This document shows, piece after piece, positions 11,639-22,221 of a stretch of DNA of 64,000 nucleotides. How positions within the stretch are numbered: the stretch's first letter is position 1; each line of letters opens with the position of its first letter. Source of the stretch: Ardenticatenaceae bacterium. GTDB taxonomy: Bacteria > Chloroflexota > Anaerolineae > Ardenticatenales > Ardenticatenaceae. Both the position numbers and the translations under genes were made by a program. The notes beneath the pieces are model-generated. The model was not told where the DNA came from. It made no database searches and was given only the letters and a program-made list of their open reading frames with translations. The DNA is taken from the NCBI GenBank assembly GCA_026989095.1, contig JALSKA010000135.1:629-64628 (forward strand), given 5' to 3'.

Positions 11639-13654
11639 CTAGCCATATGAGAGGAAAATTGTAAAGATCGAGCCCTCTCCGGGCCGGCTGTGGAGGCGGA
11701 TTTCGCCGCCCATCAGGTCCACGAGCTGCTTCACGCTGGCCAGCCCGAGCCCAGAGCCCCGCTTGTCGCCCACCAGCGAGGGATCGACCCGGTAGAAGGC
11801 CTCGAAGATGCGCTCCTGCTCCTCCTCGGGGATGCCTTGACCGGTGTCCTCCACCTCGATGGCCCAACGCGCCTCGTCCACGTGGCGCACGCGCACGGCC
11901 ACGTATCCCTCGTCGGTGAACTTGATGGCGTTGTCCACCAGGTTGTAGAGAATGCGGCGCAGCCAGAAGATGTCACCGTACACCATGTCCGGCAACTGCT
12001 CGTCCACCTCCATCCGAAAATCGACCCCCTTGGCGCGGGCCACGTCCTCGAGCGGCTCCACAGTGGCCAGGAGTTCATAGGGGATGAAACGGGTGGGCAC
12101 CAGGCGGATGGTCCCCGACTCCAACTCGGCCTGGTGGAGGATGCCCTCGGTGAGGTCGAGCAGGTATTGGGCGCTGGTGATGATGTGGTCCAGCGCCTCC
12201 TCCACCTCCTCGCCCTCGAGCACGCCCTCCCGCAACATCTCGGCGTACCCGATGATGCCCCCCAAGGGCGTGCGCACGTCGTGGCTCATGTTGGCCAGCA
12301 AGTTGCTCTTGAACTCGCTGGCCCGCTTGACGGCCTCGAACGCCTCCCGGAGCTGCTGTTCCATGCGCTTGCGCTCGGTCACGTCCACGGAATACTCCAC
12401 CATGTAGCGCACGCGCCCCTCATCGTCGAAGAGGGGATAGCCGTGAACTTCGGCGAAGTAAGGGGAACCGTCGGCGCGGTAGTGGATGTGTTCCACGGTG
12501 TAGGGGCGGTGGGTTTCCTTCACGCGCTGGAGGGGACAGGGGTGCTCCAGGCCGTCGCAGGGTGTCTCGCGCAGGTGGGTGACGGCGTAGCAGGTGGCCC
12601 CACGGCCAATGCCGTCCTTGGCGGCGGCCCTGTTGGCCAGCACAATCTCATACGTCTCGGCGTCGAGGACGTAGAAGGGCGACTCCAGAGCGTTGATGAC
12701 CTCCAGGAGAAAGTGGTATTGGCGCTCGAGCTCCTGCTGGGCGCGCACCCGGGCGGTGACATCGTGGACGCGGAGGGCGAAGGCCGGCCGGCCCCGGTAG
12801 CGGGTGGGCTGTTGGGCCACCTCCACGTACCGCACGTCGCCGGGGGCCCGCTGCCAGCGAATGGGCTCCTCCTCGCCGTGTTCGGCGCCGGCCAGCATCT
12901 CGGCCGACACCACCTCGTGGACCGGGCGACCAACCACCTCGGCGTGTGTGCGGCCGAAGATGCGCTCGAAGGCGTTGTTGACGTCGAGCACTCGCACGCC
13001 GTCGTGGAGCACGATGGCCTCGTTCACCACGGCCAGCAGGGCTCGGAGCCGGTCCTCGTTTTCCTGGACTTCGCGGAGACTGCGCTCCATCACCCACGCC
13101 GTCCACGTGAGCACGGTGACGCTCCCCCCGTACAGGATCAGGGGCAGTATCACGTGGCCGGAGGTGATTTCGGGCACGGCAATCACAACGGCCATGGTGC
13201 CGGCGAAGAAAATGCCCCCGTAGAGCCAGAAGTGGCGCAGGGGAAGCATAATGGCGGCCAAGTAGAGGAGGTAGAGGAACCAGATCAACACCAGGAAGAC
13301 CTCGTACTCCGTGGGCGTTTCGAGCGCGGCGAGCTGTTGGAGCACGACGCCCCCCATGAGGGCCAAGGCCCCCCAGGCGCTGAGCTTGTACCAGGAGGTT
13401 CTCCCAATGATGTAGGCCACGTAGAGGAGGGCGTTGACCGGCAGGGCGTAGGAGAGCCACGGCCCGGGCCCTGTGACGACAAGGCGCAGCACGTTGCCCA
13501 GGACATAGGCGGTGGCTATGAAGAGCAACGTGGCCGCGGTCACCCGCGCCTGGCGACGCTCGGCCAAGCTGCGCGGCCGGAAGCGGGGCTCGATGAGCGC
13601 GCGGTCGAGCTTGCGGATGAGGTCCGAATGGAGCCAGGCCGTGACAACGTGCAT
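11639..13654 (-). CDS. membrane sensor histidine kinase (multi-TM N-terminus, PAS domains, HisKA, HATPase)
   Basis: ATG at 13654 is preceded by GGGAGAGG. H-box MSHDVRTPL. Also EVEDTGQGIP and GSGLGLASV ATP-lid motifs, and ~6 N-terminal hydrophobic helices. Confidence 0.9.
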   Translation of the reverse strand: MHVVTAWLHSDLIRKLDRALIEPRFRPRSLAERRQARVTAATLLFIATAYVLGNVLRLVVTGPGPWLSYALPVNALLYVAYIIGRTSWYKLSAWGALALMGGVVLQQLAALETPTEYEVFLVLIWFLYLLYLAAIMLPLRHFWLYGGIFFAGTMAVVIAVPEITSGHVILPLILYGGSVTVLTWTAWVMERSLREVQENEDRLRALLAVVNEAIVLHDGVRVLDVNNAFERIFGRTHAEVVGRPVHEVVSAEMLAGAEHGEEEPIRWQRAPGDVRYVEVAQQPTRYRGRPAFALRVHDVTARVRAQQELERQYHFLLEVINALESPFYVLDAETYEIVLANRAAAKDGIGRGATCYAVTHLRETPCDGLEHPCPLQRVKETHRPYTVEHIHYRADGSPYFAEVHGYPLFDDEGRVRYMVEYSVDVTERKRMEQQLREAFEAVKRASEFKSNLLANMSHDVRTPLGGIIGYAEMLREGVLEGEEVEEALDHIITSAQYLLDLTEGILHQAELESGTIRLVPTRFIPYELLATVEPLEDVARAKGVDFRMEVDEQLPDMVYGDIFWLRRILYNLVDNAIKFTDEGYVAVRVRHVDEARWAIEVEDTGQGIPEEEQERIFEAFYRVDPSLVGDKRGSGLGLASVKQLVDLMGGEIRLHSRPGEGSIFTIFLSYG

Positions 13655-13683
13655 GGTTCCTCTCCCGGACATCTTCTGCCCGA

Positions 13684-14634
13684 TCAAGTCACAATGTGGG
13701 TGCCGGTCTGGCCGCCCAGGGCCCGCACGATGTTGGGGGGATCGGTGATGATGGCCCGTGGTCCGCCGGCCTCGATGTACTCCAACACCGCCTGAATTTT
13801 AGGCAACATGGAGCCGGGGGCAAAATGTCCTTCGGCCATGTAGCGACGCAGCTCGTCCACGGTGACCCGGTCGAGATCGCGCTGGCGGGGGGTGTTGAAG
13901 AAGAGGGCCACCTTCTCCACGCCCGTGGAGATCAGGAAGAGGTCGGCCCGCACGGCGCGGGCCAGCAGGCTGGAGGCCATGTCCTTGTCCACTACGGCGG
14001 CCACGCCGCGCAGCTCGCCCTTGCGGTTGCGCACCACCGGGATGCCGCCGCCCCCCACGGCAATGACGACCCAGCCGGCCTCGGCCGCCGTGCGGATGGC
14101 CTCCTCCTCGATGATCTTCACCGGCCGGGGCGAGGCCACCACCCGGCGCCACCCCCGGCCGGCGTCCTCCACCACGGGCCACCCGTCGGCGGCAAAGCGT
14201 TGGGCTTCCTCCTCGGTCAGGAAGCCGCCAATGGGCTTGCTGGGGGCTCGGAAGGCGGGGTCGTCGCGGTCCACGAGGACTTGAGTCACCAAGGTGATGA
14301 CCTGACGGGCAACGCCCAGCCGGCGGAACTCGTTGTCCAGAGCCTGCTGGAGCATGTAGCCGATGGCCCCTTGGGTGTCGGCCACGATGAGGTCCAACGG
14401 CGTGGTGTGGACCTCGTGGGCGGCCAGTTCATTGCGCCGCAGGATGAAGCCCACTTGGGGGCCATTGCCGTGGGTCACGATCACCTTCCAGCCCTCGGCC
14501 ACCATTTCGGCGATGTGGCGGGCCGTCTCGCGCACGGCATCCCACTGGTACCGGACGGCCGTGTGGTCGGCGTCGGGGATGAGCGAGTTCCCCCCAATGG
14601 CCACCACGGCGAGCGGTTGTGTCCGTTGCCCCAT
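13684..14634 (-). CDS. arcC: carbamate kinase
   Basis: 316 aa. Has VAIGGNSL and VTHGNGPQVG motifs, and a GGAGG-type RBS. Confidence 0.9.
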   Translation of the reverse strand: MGQRTQPLAVVAIGGNSLIPDADHTAVRYQWDAVRETARHIAEMVAEGWKVIVTHGNGPQVGFILRRNELAAHEVHTTPLDLIVADTQGAIGYMLQQALDNEFRRLGVARQVITLVTQVLVDRDDPAFRAPSKPIGGFLTEEEAQRFAADGWPVVEDAGRGWRRVVASPRPVKIIEEEAIRTAAEAGWVVIAVGGGGIPVVRNRKGELRGVAAVVDKDMASSLLARAVRADLFLISTGVEKVALFFNTPRQRDLDRVTVDELRRYMAEGHFAPGSMLPKIQAVLEYIEAGGPRAIITDPPNIVRALGGQTGTHIVT

Positions 14635-14675
14635 GCACCTTCCTCCCCGTTGAGGGGTGCCGGCAAGCCCTACTC

Positions 14676-15653
14676 TTATGCCATCGTCAGCGCCAGCACC
14701 GCCTTTTGCACGTGCAGTCTGTTCTCAGCTTCATCGTACACCACACTCTGGGGCCCGTCAATGACCTCATTGGTCACCTCGATGTCCCGGTCGGCGGGCA
14801 GGCAGTGCATGTAGATGGCATCGGGCTTGGCGAGGGCCATGCGCCGCTCGTCGGCGATCCAGTCGGTGTACTTCTGGCCGATGCGGGCGCTCTCCTCGGG
14901 GTCCTCGGTGGTCAGCCAACACCCCCACGATTTGGGGTAGACCACGTCGGCGCCCTCGAAGCCGGCGTCAAAGTCGTCCATGAGCTCGAAGGAGCCGCCG
15001 TACTTGCGGGCGTTCTCGGCCGCCTGCTCGACGATCTCGGGCATGAGGTTGTACTCGGGGGGATGAACCAGGCGCACGTTCATGCCGAAGCGGGTCATGA
15101 GCAAGATGAGGGATTGGGGCACGCTGAGGGGCTTCTGGTAGCTGGAGGCATAGGCCCAGGAGACGGCGATGGTCTGGCCCCGTGGGTCGCCCTTCTTCTC
15201 GATGATGGTCATCAGGTCGGCCAGAACTTGGAACGGGTGGTAGACCTCACACTGCATGTTGAAGACGGGCACGCGGCTGGCCTCGGCCACCTCGCGGATG
15301 TACCGGTTGCCCACGCCCCAATCGCAGTGGCGGATGGCAATGCCGTCGAAGTAGCGGCCCAAGATCTGGCCAATCTCCCGGGGCGTGTCGCCGTGGGCGA
15401 TCTGGGTCGTGCGCGACTCGATGAAGGCGGCGTGGCCGCCCAGTTGGGCCATGCCGGCCTCGAAGCTGGCCCGCGTGCGGGTGCTGGAGAAGAAGAAGAG
15501 CATGGCCAGGGCCTTGTCGCGCAGGTACGGGTGGGGTTGGCCCAGCGCGCGCTTGCGCTTCAGGTCGAAGGCCACGTCGAGGAGCGTCTCGATCTCCTCT
15601 TTGGTCCACTCCTGTGTGGTGATCAGATCGCGTCCGCGCAGATGAGTTTGCAT
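14676..15653 (-). CDS. carbamoyltransferase of the OTC/ATC superfamily, YgeW/AOTC-like (not a canonical ornithine enzyme)
   Basis: Has STRTRASFE, HPFQVLADL and HCLPADR motifs. The site where OTCs carry DxWxSMG reads VVYPKSWG, as in knotted YgeW/acetylornithine-type enzymes. Confidence 0.8.
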   Translation of the reverse strand: MQTHLRGRDLITTQEWTKEEIETLLDVAFDLKRKRALGQPHPYLRDKALAMLFFFSSTRTRASFEAGMAQLGGHAAFIESRTTQIAHGDTPREIGQILGRYFDGIAIRHCDWGVGNRYIREVAEASRVPVFNMQCEVYHPFQVLADLMTIIEKKGDPRGQTIAVSWAYASSYQKPLSVPQSLILLMTRFGMNVRLVHPPEYNLMPEIVEQAAENARKYGGSFELMDDFDAGFEGADVVYPKSWGCWLTTEDPEESARIGQKYTDWIADERRMALAKPDAIYMHCLPADRDIEVTNEVIDGPQSVVYDEAENRLHVQKAVLALTMA

Positions 15654-15738
15654 GGTGATCGCCTCCGTTGTCCGAGCTCATCGTCTTTTTAGGACGGGAC
15701 AGGCTTACACGCGCGCCCCTTGTGCACAGGAGGAAGCG

Positions 15739-16965
15739 CTACAGCCCTCCCATAGCGCGCAGCACGCCCGGCAGCAGGGCGTACCACGCGGTGGCCCGCA
15801 CCACGTCCTCCAGGGGCACCTGGTCGAGCACGGTGTGGGCGTGCACCTCGTCGCCGGGGCCAAAGCCGATGCTGGGGATGCCGGCGTGGCCCATCCAGTA
15901 GGTGCCGTTGGTGCTGAACCCCCACTTGCCCACGGGGGCCGGCGCCCCCCAGAGGAGCCGACACGTCTCCCGCCCGGCCCGCACGAGCAGGTGATCTTCG
16001 GGCAACAGCCAGGCGGGAAAATACTTCTCCACGGGGAGCACGAAGCCGGTGTAGGAGGGCTCCTCGTAGGTCAACATCTCCACGCGCACCTTGTGGCGGG
16101 CCTCCTCGGGAACAAGCGCCTCCACTTGGGCCACGGCCTCCTCCTTCGTCTCCCCCCACGTCACCCGCCGGTCGATGATGATGGTGCACTCGTCCGGCAC
16201 GGCGTTGATGCTGGGCGTGCGGCACTCGATGTGGGTGACGGTGATGCGCCCTTGGCCCAAGAAATCATCGGACGGCAGGCGGTCGTTGAGGTCGCGCACG
16301 CCGGCGATAACGGGCAGCAGGGTGTAGAGGGCGTTGTCGCCCAAGTGGTTGGAGGCAGCGTGGGCGCTCTTGCCCTTGGCCACCACTTTCATCTCCACCC
16401 GCCCCTTTTGGCCGCGGTAGACGCCCATCTTGGTGGGCTCGCCGATGATCACGAAGTCGGGGCGCACGCCCTCGTGCTCCACCAGCGCGCGGGGGGCGAG
16501 GCCATCACACCACTCCTCCATGTTGCCGAAGTAGTAGGCGGTCCACCCTTCCAGCAGCCCCAGCTCGCGGGCCAGGGCCAAGCCGTAGACCATGCCGGGG
16601 GTGGAGCCCTTCTCGTCGCAGGCGCCGCGGGCGTAGAGGATGCCATCCTCCACCTTGCCCTCGAAGGGGTCCCACGCCCAGGCGTCGGGATCGCCCACGC
16701 CCACGGTGTCCAAGTGGCTGTCGTAGAGCACAACGCGGTCGCCGTGTCCAATGCGCCCCACCACGTTGCCCATGCTGTCGAAGAAGATCTCGTCGAAGCC
16801 CAGGGCCTCCATTTCGGCGGCCACTCGCTCGCCCACTTGGCGAATCTGGCCGTCGTAGCTGGGAATGGCACAGAGCTCCCGCAGGAAGGTGATGAGCGTC
16901 TGCCGCAGGCCGTCCACGCGCTCCTGCAGGCGGGCAATGCGTTCGGGGGAAACAAGTTCGCTCAT
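15739..16965 (-). CDS. M20 metallohydrolase, YgeY-like
   Basis: ATG at 16965 overlaps the upstream permease stop (ATGA). As I recall E. coli YgeY, it shares DSHLDTVG, ACDEKG, YRGQKGRVEM, IDRRVTWGET, KWGFSTNG and GFGPGDE..AH. The 255-aa upstream extension of the ORF track is rejected. Confidence 0.85.
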   Translation of the reverse strand: MSELVSPERIARLQERVDGLRQTLITFLRELCAIPSYDGQIRQVGERVAAEMEALGFDEIFFDSMGNVVGRIGHGDRVVLYDSHLDTVGVGDPDAWAWDPFEGKVEDGILYARGACDEKGSTPGMVYGLALARELGLLEGWTAYYFGNMEEWCDGLAPRALVEHEGVRPDFVIIGEPTKMGVYRGQKGRVEMKVVAKGKSAHAASNHLGDNALYTLLPVIAGVRDLNDRLPSDDFLGQGRITVTHIECRTPSINAVPDECTIIIDRRVTWGETKEEAVAQVEALVPEEARHKVRVEMLTYEEPSYTGFVLPVEKYFPAWLLPEDHLLVRAGRETCRLLWGAPAPVGKWGFSTNGTYWMGHAGIPSIGFGPGDEVHAHTVLDQVPLEDVVRATAWYALLPGVLRAMGGL

Positions 16966-17918
16966 GCGCCTCGCTCCTCTCGCACGTAGGGAATGCCAAG
17001 GGCGGCCGGTGCGCCCACGCGGCGGCGCAGGGCCTCCCGAGAGCCTATGACCAACACGATGATGGTGAACAAATAGGGCAACATGTTGAGAAAGTAGCCG
17101 TAGGTGGGGTTGCGCAGGAAGAAGGGAATGCTCTGGGCGTCGAGGGGCAGGCGGCGGATGGCGCCGAAGAGGTACGCCCCAAAGGCCGCCCGCACGGGGT
17201 CCCACCCGGCGAAGATCACCAGGCCCACGGCGATCCACCCCTGGCCGGCCGTCATGCCCTCGATCCAGAGGGGCGTCACGGCCAGGCTCAGGGAAGCCCC
17301 GGCCAGGCCGGCCAAGCCCCCTCCGACGATCACGTAGACGTAGCGCACTAGGAAGACGTTCACGCCCAGCACGTCGGCCGCGGCGGGGTACTCGCCCACG
17401 GCCCGCAGCTCCAGCCCCCACCGAGTGCGGTAGAGGTAGAACCAAGCCAGGGGCACGAGCAGGAAGCCCAGGTAGACCGCCACGTTGTGCTGGAAGAAAA
17501 TGGGGCCCACCACCGGGATGTCGGCCAACAGGGGCACGGACCAGGAAGGCAGGCGGGGGGCTTGGCGCACTTGGACGAGGGGCGCGCCGAGCACGGCACT
17601 CAGGCCAGAGCCCAGGAAGGTGAGGGCCAGGCCGCTGACCACCTGGTCGGCCCGGAGGGTGACGGTGATGAAGGCGTGGAGCAGGGCCAGCAGCCCGCCC
17701 ACGCCCACGGCCGCCAGCAGGCCCAGCCACGGGTTGCCCGTGGCGTGGGCCACGCCGAAGGCACTCATGGCGCCCATGAGCATCATGCCCTCCACCCCCA
17801 GGTTGAGCACGCCGGCCCGCTCGGCGAAGATTTCGCCCACGGTCGCAAAAAGGATGGGCGTGCCCGAGCGCACGCCGGCCGCCAGCACGTTCACGAGGAG
17901 GGCGAGTTCCACAGCCAA
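16962..17918 (-). CDS. ABC transporter permease (BMP/nucleoside-type, second permease)
   Basis: 318 aa polytopic protein. TTG start after GGAGG. Typical of YufQ/NupQ-like permeases in BMP-family importers. Confidence 0.85.
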   Translation of the reverse strand: MAVELALLVNVLAAGVRSGTPILFATVGEIFAERAGVLNLGVEGMMLMGAMSAFGVAHATGNPWLGLLAAVGVGGLLALLHAFITVTLRADQVVSGLALTFLGSGLSAVLGAPLVQVRQAPRLPSWSVPLLADIPVVGPIFFQHNVAVYLGFLLVPLAWFYLYRTRWGLELRAVGEYPAAADVLGVNVFLVRYVYVIVGGGLAGLAGASLSLAVTPLWIEGMTAGQGWIAVGLVIFAGWDPVRAAFGAYLFGAIRRLPLDAQSIPFFLRNPTYGYFLNMLPYLFTIIVLVIGSREALRRRVGAPAALGIPYVREERGA

Positions 17919-17949
17919 TGACCTCCGCTCTCAGTTCACAGTTGCCCGT

Positions 17950-19062
17950 TCACGGGCGCCTCTCCAGGCGCACCCGGTATTGCAAGAGCATCTCGCCGCC
18001 GACGACCACGAAGAGGATAGTGCCCTGGAGCATCTGGGCAATGCCGGCGGGCTGAATTTCGTCGCCGCCCACCAGCAGGCCGCCGAAGAGATAGGCCACC
18101 AGGATCACGGCCAGAGGGTTGAGCTTGGCGAGCCAGGCGATGATGATGGCCGTGAAACCGTAGCCCGGGGAGAAGCGCTCCTGGAGGCGGTGGACGACGC
18201 CGGCCACCTCGCTCATGCCGGCCAGCCCGGCCAGCCCCCCGCTCAGGGCCATGGCCAACAAGATGTTGCGCGTCAAGTTCATGCCCGCGTAACGGGCCGC
18301 GTTGGGGTTGTCCCCGATGACGCGCACCTCGAAGCCCCATTTGCTGCGCCGCCACACGACCCAGAGCACCAGGGCCGCGGCCACGCCCAACAGGATGCCC
18401 AGGTGAGCGGTGAGCCCCCGGAAGGCGGGCACCGCCTTCCCGTAGTCGGCCAGGCGGGGCAGCCAGGCGCTCTTGGGAAATTGGGCCGTGAGGCCAAAGC
18501 CCCGCAGGCTCCAGGGGCCGTAGATGAAGTAATTGTTCCAGAAGGCGGCCACGTAGTTGAGCATCAGGGTGGTGATGATCTCGTTGACGTTGAGGCGCGC
18601 CTTGAGGAGCCCCGGCACGAGGGCCCAGAGGGCACCGCCGGCGAAGCCGGCCAACGCCATGGCCGTCAACATCAGGGGGCGGGGCGTCTCGGGCGGCAGC
18701 CAGTGGAGGGCCACGCCGGTGGCCATGAAGGCCCCCAAGAGGAGCTGGCCCTCGGCGCCGATGTTCCACAGGCCCATGCGGAAGGCCACGGCCACGCCCA
18801 GCCCGGCCAAAATGAGAGGCGTGGCCTTCACGGTGGTGTCCGACCACCCGTAGCGGGAGCCAAAGGCGGCCGACGCCATGCGGCGGTAGACGAACCAGGG
18901 GTCGGCGCCGGCCAGCCGCAACAGCAGGCCGCCGACGGCCAAGGCCAACACGACCAGGATGACCGGCGCCGCCCACGCCATCCACGCCGGCTGCTCCAGC
19001 CGGCGCTCAACGCGAATGTGATAGGGAAATCCAATGCGCGAGGTCAGTCGTTCAAGCTCCAT
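17950..19062 (-). CDS. ABC transporter permease (BMP/nucleoside-type, first permease)
   Basis: ATG at 19062 overlaps the ATPase gene end by 11 nt. Polytopic membrane protein. The start is uncertain. Confidence 0.85.
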   Translation of the reverse strand: MELERLTSRIGFPYHIRVERRLEQPAWMAWAAPVILVVLALAVGGLLLRLAGADPWFVYRRMASAAFGSRYGWSDTTVKATPLILAGLGVAVAFRMGLWNIGAEGQLLLGAFMATGVALHWLPPETPRPLMLTAMALAGFAGGALWALVPGLLKARLNVNEIITTLMLNYVAAFWNNYFIYGPWSLRGFGLTAQFPKSAWLPRLADYGKAVPAFRGLTAHLGILLGVAAALVLWVVWRRSKWGFEVRVIGDNPNAARYAGMNLTRNILLAMALSGGLAGLAGMSEVAGVVHRLQERFSPGYGFTAIIIAWLAKLNPLAVILVAYLFGGLLVGGDEIQPAGIAQMLQGTILFVVVGGEMLLQYRVRLERRP

Positions 19063-20608
19063 GAGTGGTCGTCCCCGTCTCCTCGTGTGCCACGCCCTGC
19101 TCACCGGCCATGAGCAGGCCCACCGTCTCCAAGTCGGCCTCCTCGGCCGGCATTTCGCCCACAATGCGGCCCTCGTACATCACAGCAATGCGGTCGGCCA
19201 GCATGAAGATCTCGTCCAAGTCCTCGGAGATGAGCAACACCGCCGCGCCGGCGTCCCGCTCGCGGATGAGCAGTTGCCGCACGCTCTCGGTGGCCCCCAC
19301 GTCGAGCCCGCGCGTGGGGTAGGCCGCCACGATGAGGCGCGGGTCGCGCGCCACCTCGCGGGCGAGGATCAGCTTCTGAAGGTTGCCCCCGCTGAGCTTG
19401 CGGGCCGGCACGTGGACCGAGGGCGTGGCGATGTCGAAGCGGGCCACCAGCTCCCGCGCCTGGGCGTACATGGTCGCCACGTTGAGGAAAAAGCGCCCCC
19501 CGATGGGCGGCACCCGGTAGCCCTTTAGCGCCAGGTTTTCGGCCACCGAGAGGTTGGGCGCCGTGCCCGTGCCGGTGCGGTCCTCGGGGATGTAGGCCAC
19601 GCCGGCCCGGATGGCCTCCAGGGGCGAGGCGTTGGCCAGAGGACGGCCGTCCACCTCGATCTCCCCGGCGACCACGGGCCGCAGCCCACAGACCACTTCG
19701 GCCAGCTCCCGCTGCCCGTTCCCGGCCACGCCGGCAATGGCCACGATCTCGCCGGCACGAACGGTGAGGGAGACGCCCCGCAGGGCGGGGATGCCCTTGT
19801 CGTCCAAAGCGCGGACATCGCGCATGACCAGCCGGGCTCCCCGAGGCCGTGCCGGCGGCTTCTCCACGTGGAAGAGCACTTCTCGCCCCACCATGAGCCG
19901 GGCCAGTTCGACTTTGGTCATGCCGGCCGCCTCGACGGTGGCGACGGTGCGCCCGCCGCGCAGCACGGTGATGCGGTCGGCGATGGAGAGCACCTCGTCG
20001 AGTTTGTGGCTGATGAAGATGACCGTCTTGCCCTCCGCGGTCATAGCGCGCAGGGTGCGGAAGAGCTGTTCGGCCTCCTGGGGCGTCAGCACGGCCGTGG
20101 GCTCGTCGAGGATGAGGATCCGGGCGCCCCGGTAGAGCATCTTGACGATCTCGACGCGCTGCTGCTCGCCCACGGAAAGCTGCCACACCTTGGCGCGCGG
20201 GTCCACGGGCAAGCCGTACTGCTCGCCCAAGCGCTGCACCTCGGCCTCGATGCGGCGCGGGTTGAGGGTCAAGCCGACCTCCCGCAGGCCCAGCACCACG
20301 TTTTCGGCCACGGACTGGGAGGGCACGAGCATGAAATGTTGGTGTACCATGCCGATGCCGGCCCGGATGGCGTCACGGGGCGAGTGGAAGACGACCGGCC
20401 GGCCGTCCACGTAGATGTCGCCCTCGTCGGGGTGGTAGAGCCCCGAGAGGATGTTCATCAGCGTGGACTTGCCGGCGCCGTTTTCGCCCAGCAGGGCGTG
20501 AACCTCGCCTTTGCGGGCCGAGAAGGTGACGCGGTCGTTGGCCACCACGCCGGGAAAACGTTTGACGATGTGCCGCATCTCCACGGCCAACTGGGGATCG
20601 TGCTTCAT
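19052..20608 (-). CDS. ABC transporter ATP-binding protein with duplicated ATPase domains
   Basis: 518 aa. Walker A motifs GENGAGKST and GVAGNGQ. LSGG signature LSGGNLQK. Confidence 0.9.
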   Translation of the reverse strand: MKHDPQLAVEMRHIVKRFPGVVANDRVTFSARKGEVHALLGENGAGKSTLMNILSGLYHPDEGDIYVDGRPVVFHSPRDAIRAGIGMVHQHFMLVPSQSVAENVVLGLREVGLTLNPRRIEAEVQRLGEQYGLPVDPRAKVWQLSVGEQQRVEIVKMLYRGARILILDEPTAVLTPQEAEQLFRTLRAMTAEGKTVIFISHKLDEVLSIADRITVLRGGRTVATVEAAGMTKVELARLMVGREVLFHVEKPPARPRGARLVMRDVRALDDKGIPALRGVSLTVRAGEIVAIAGVAGNGQRELAEVVCGLRPVVAGEIEVDGRPLANASPLEAIRAGVAYIPEDRTGTGTAPNLSVAENLALKGYRVPPIGGRFFLNVATMYAQARELVARFDIATPSVHVPARKLSGGNLQKLILAREVARDPRLIVAAYPTRGLDVGATESVRQLLIRERDAGAAVLLISEDLDEIFMLADRIAVMYEGRIVGEMPAEEADLETVGLLMAGEQGVAHEETGTTTHGA

Positions 20609-20780
20609 GGTTCACCCTTTCCGGGCTGCTGCTCCTCGCCGGGCCCGAAACGCGAGCGCGTGTGCGCACGGGGAGTACTGCTGCCGGCGCGTAGATACAC
20701 GACAGGGGCGCATGGTGCCCACACGCCCCTGCCGAATGCCAGCCTGGTTCGGGACATCCGCGTGCCGTGGGCTCGTTCCC

Positions 20781-22094
20781 CTACTCGGACGGCATGGCCG
20801 GTATCTCGGCGTCGGGCACGAAGCCCTCGGCCAGCCAGTTCATGCAGATGGTGCAGGGCTCGCGGTCCAGACCATTGACTTCGATGGTGACCTCGTCCAG
20901 CCCCTCCAAGTCAGATTGGGTCAGGGTGACTCCCTCCGGCACCACGATGTTGCCCTTGTTGTCCTTGATGGGGCCGGTGAAGATGTCGAACCGGGTGTAT
21001 TCGCCCTTGAGCATCTTGTCGAGCAGGTCCCGCACCTCGGGGATGACCTCCTCGGGCACGCCGGGCAGCGGCTCCTCGCCCTCCATGAAGCCGTAGAGGC
21101 CCACGATGCCGCTGTCGGCGTCCAAGTAGTAGTCGTCGGGCACCCAAGTGCCGGCCATCATCTCCTCGATGAACTTAGCGTAGACAGGCCCCCAATTCCA
21201 ATAGGGGACGGTGAGACAGCTCTCGGGGTCCACCTCACAGGCGTTGCGGCTGTCGTAGGCAATGCCCCACATGCCGCGCTCGCCAGCCGCTTGGACCGGC
21301 CCGGGCGTGTCGGCGCCGGTGATCACCACCGAGGCGCCGGCGTCCAACATGGACTCGGCTGCCTGGCGCTCCTTGTCGGGGTCGAACCACGTGAAGATCC
21401 AGCGCACGTCCATCTCACACTCGGGGCAGGTGCGCTTCATGCCCAGGGCAATGGCGTTCCCCAAGCGAATCACCTCGGCAATGGGCCAGGGCGCGATGTA
21501 GCCCACGCGGTTGGAGCCGTCGGCCTTGGCGCGGGCACCGGCGATCATGCCGGCCAGGTACTTCATGTCCTCCATGGCCCCGAAGAGGTTGGCGAAGTTG
21601 GTGTCGTTCCTCTTGAAGCCCGAGACGTGGACGAAGTACACGTCGGGGAATTCCTCGGCGACAATGGCTGTGGGGTCCATGTAACCGAAGGAGGTGGTGA
21701 TGATGGCGTCGAAGCCCTTGCGGGCCAAGTTGCGGATCACGCGCTCGGCGTCGGCGCCCTCGGGCACGCTCTCCAAGTAAGCGGTGGCCACGCGGTCACC
21801 CAGCTTCTCCTCGACGTAGAGTCGGCCTTCGTTGTGGGCGTAGGTCCAGCCGCCGTCGCCGATGGGGCCCACGTAGACGAAGGCCACGTTGAACTTGCCC
21901 TCCTCGGGCTCGGGAATTTGAATGCCGCCCGTCGCCTCCTCGGCAGGGGCCTCAGTGGGCTCCGGCGCCGGCGCTTCAGTCGGCTGCTCCTGCGCGGGCG
22001 CCTCGGGGGCCTGCTGTTGGCCGCCGGCACACCCCAGGGCCAAGAAGACCAAGAGAAACGAAACGACGGCGAGGGCCAATGCTCTCCTCTGCAT
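20781..22094 (-). CDS. BMP-family (PnrA-like) substrate-binding lipoprotein
   Basis: ATG at 22094 follows AAAGGAGGAG. Lipobox LALGC, followed by a Pro/Glu/Ala-rich linker and a BMP-like body. Confidence 0.9.
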   Translation of the reverse strand: MQRRALALAVVSFLLVFLALGCAGGQQQAPEAPAQEQPTEAPAPEPTEAPAEEATGGIQIPEPEEGKFNVAFVYVGPIGDGGWTYAHNEGRLYVEEKLGDRVATAYLESVPEGADAERVIRNLARKGFDAIITTSFGYMDPTAIVAEEFPDVYFVHVSGFKRNDTNFANLFGAMEDMKYLAGMIAGARAKADGSNRVGYIAPWPIAEVIRLGNAIALGMKRTCPECEMDVRWIFTWFDPDKERQAAESMLDAGASVVITGADTPGPVQAAGERGMWGIAYDSRNACEVDPESCLTVPYWNWGPVYAKFIEEMMAGTWVPDDYYLDADSGIVGLYGFMEGEEPLPGVPEEVIPEVRDLLDKMLKGEYTRFDIFTGPIKDNKGNIVVPEGVTLTQSDLEGLDEVTIEVNGLDREPCTICMNWLAEGFVPDAEIPAMPSE

Positions 22095-22221
22095 ACGATC
22101 TCCTCCTTTTGTTATCACGCCGATCCAGACTCGCCTGACCTCGCCCAAGGGGACGAGGCTCCTCCGGCGCACTGCCGCGAACGGGCACCCCCTCACATCC
22201 GGCCGGGCGTGGCGCCGGGTG

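Noticed and set aside
15739-17730. 663-aa ORF that appears to fuse an N-terminal 255-aa Arg/Pro-rich region to the M20 hydrolase.
   Set aside because: The extension runs through the permease gene in another frame. A good start (16965, ATGA overlap with the permease stop) gives a 408-aa protein whose N-terminus aligns with YgeY-type hydrolases.
20703-20731. 8-bp hairpin (CAGGGGCG..CGCCCCTG) between the binding-protein gene and the ABC ATPase gene.
   Set aside because: It is probably an ordinary intercistronic stabiliser or attenuator, common after ABC binding-protein genes. There is no U-tract, and it is not distinctive enough to annotate.
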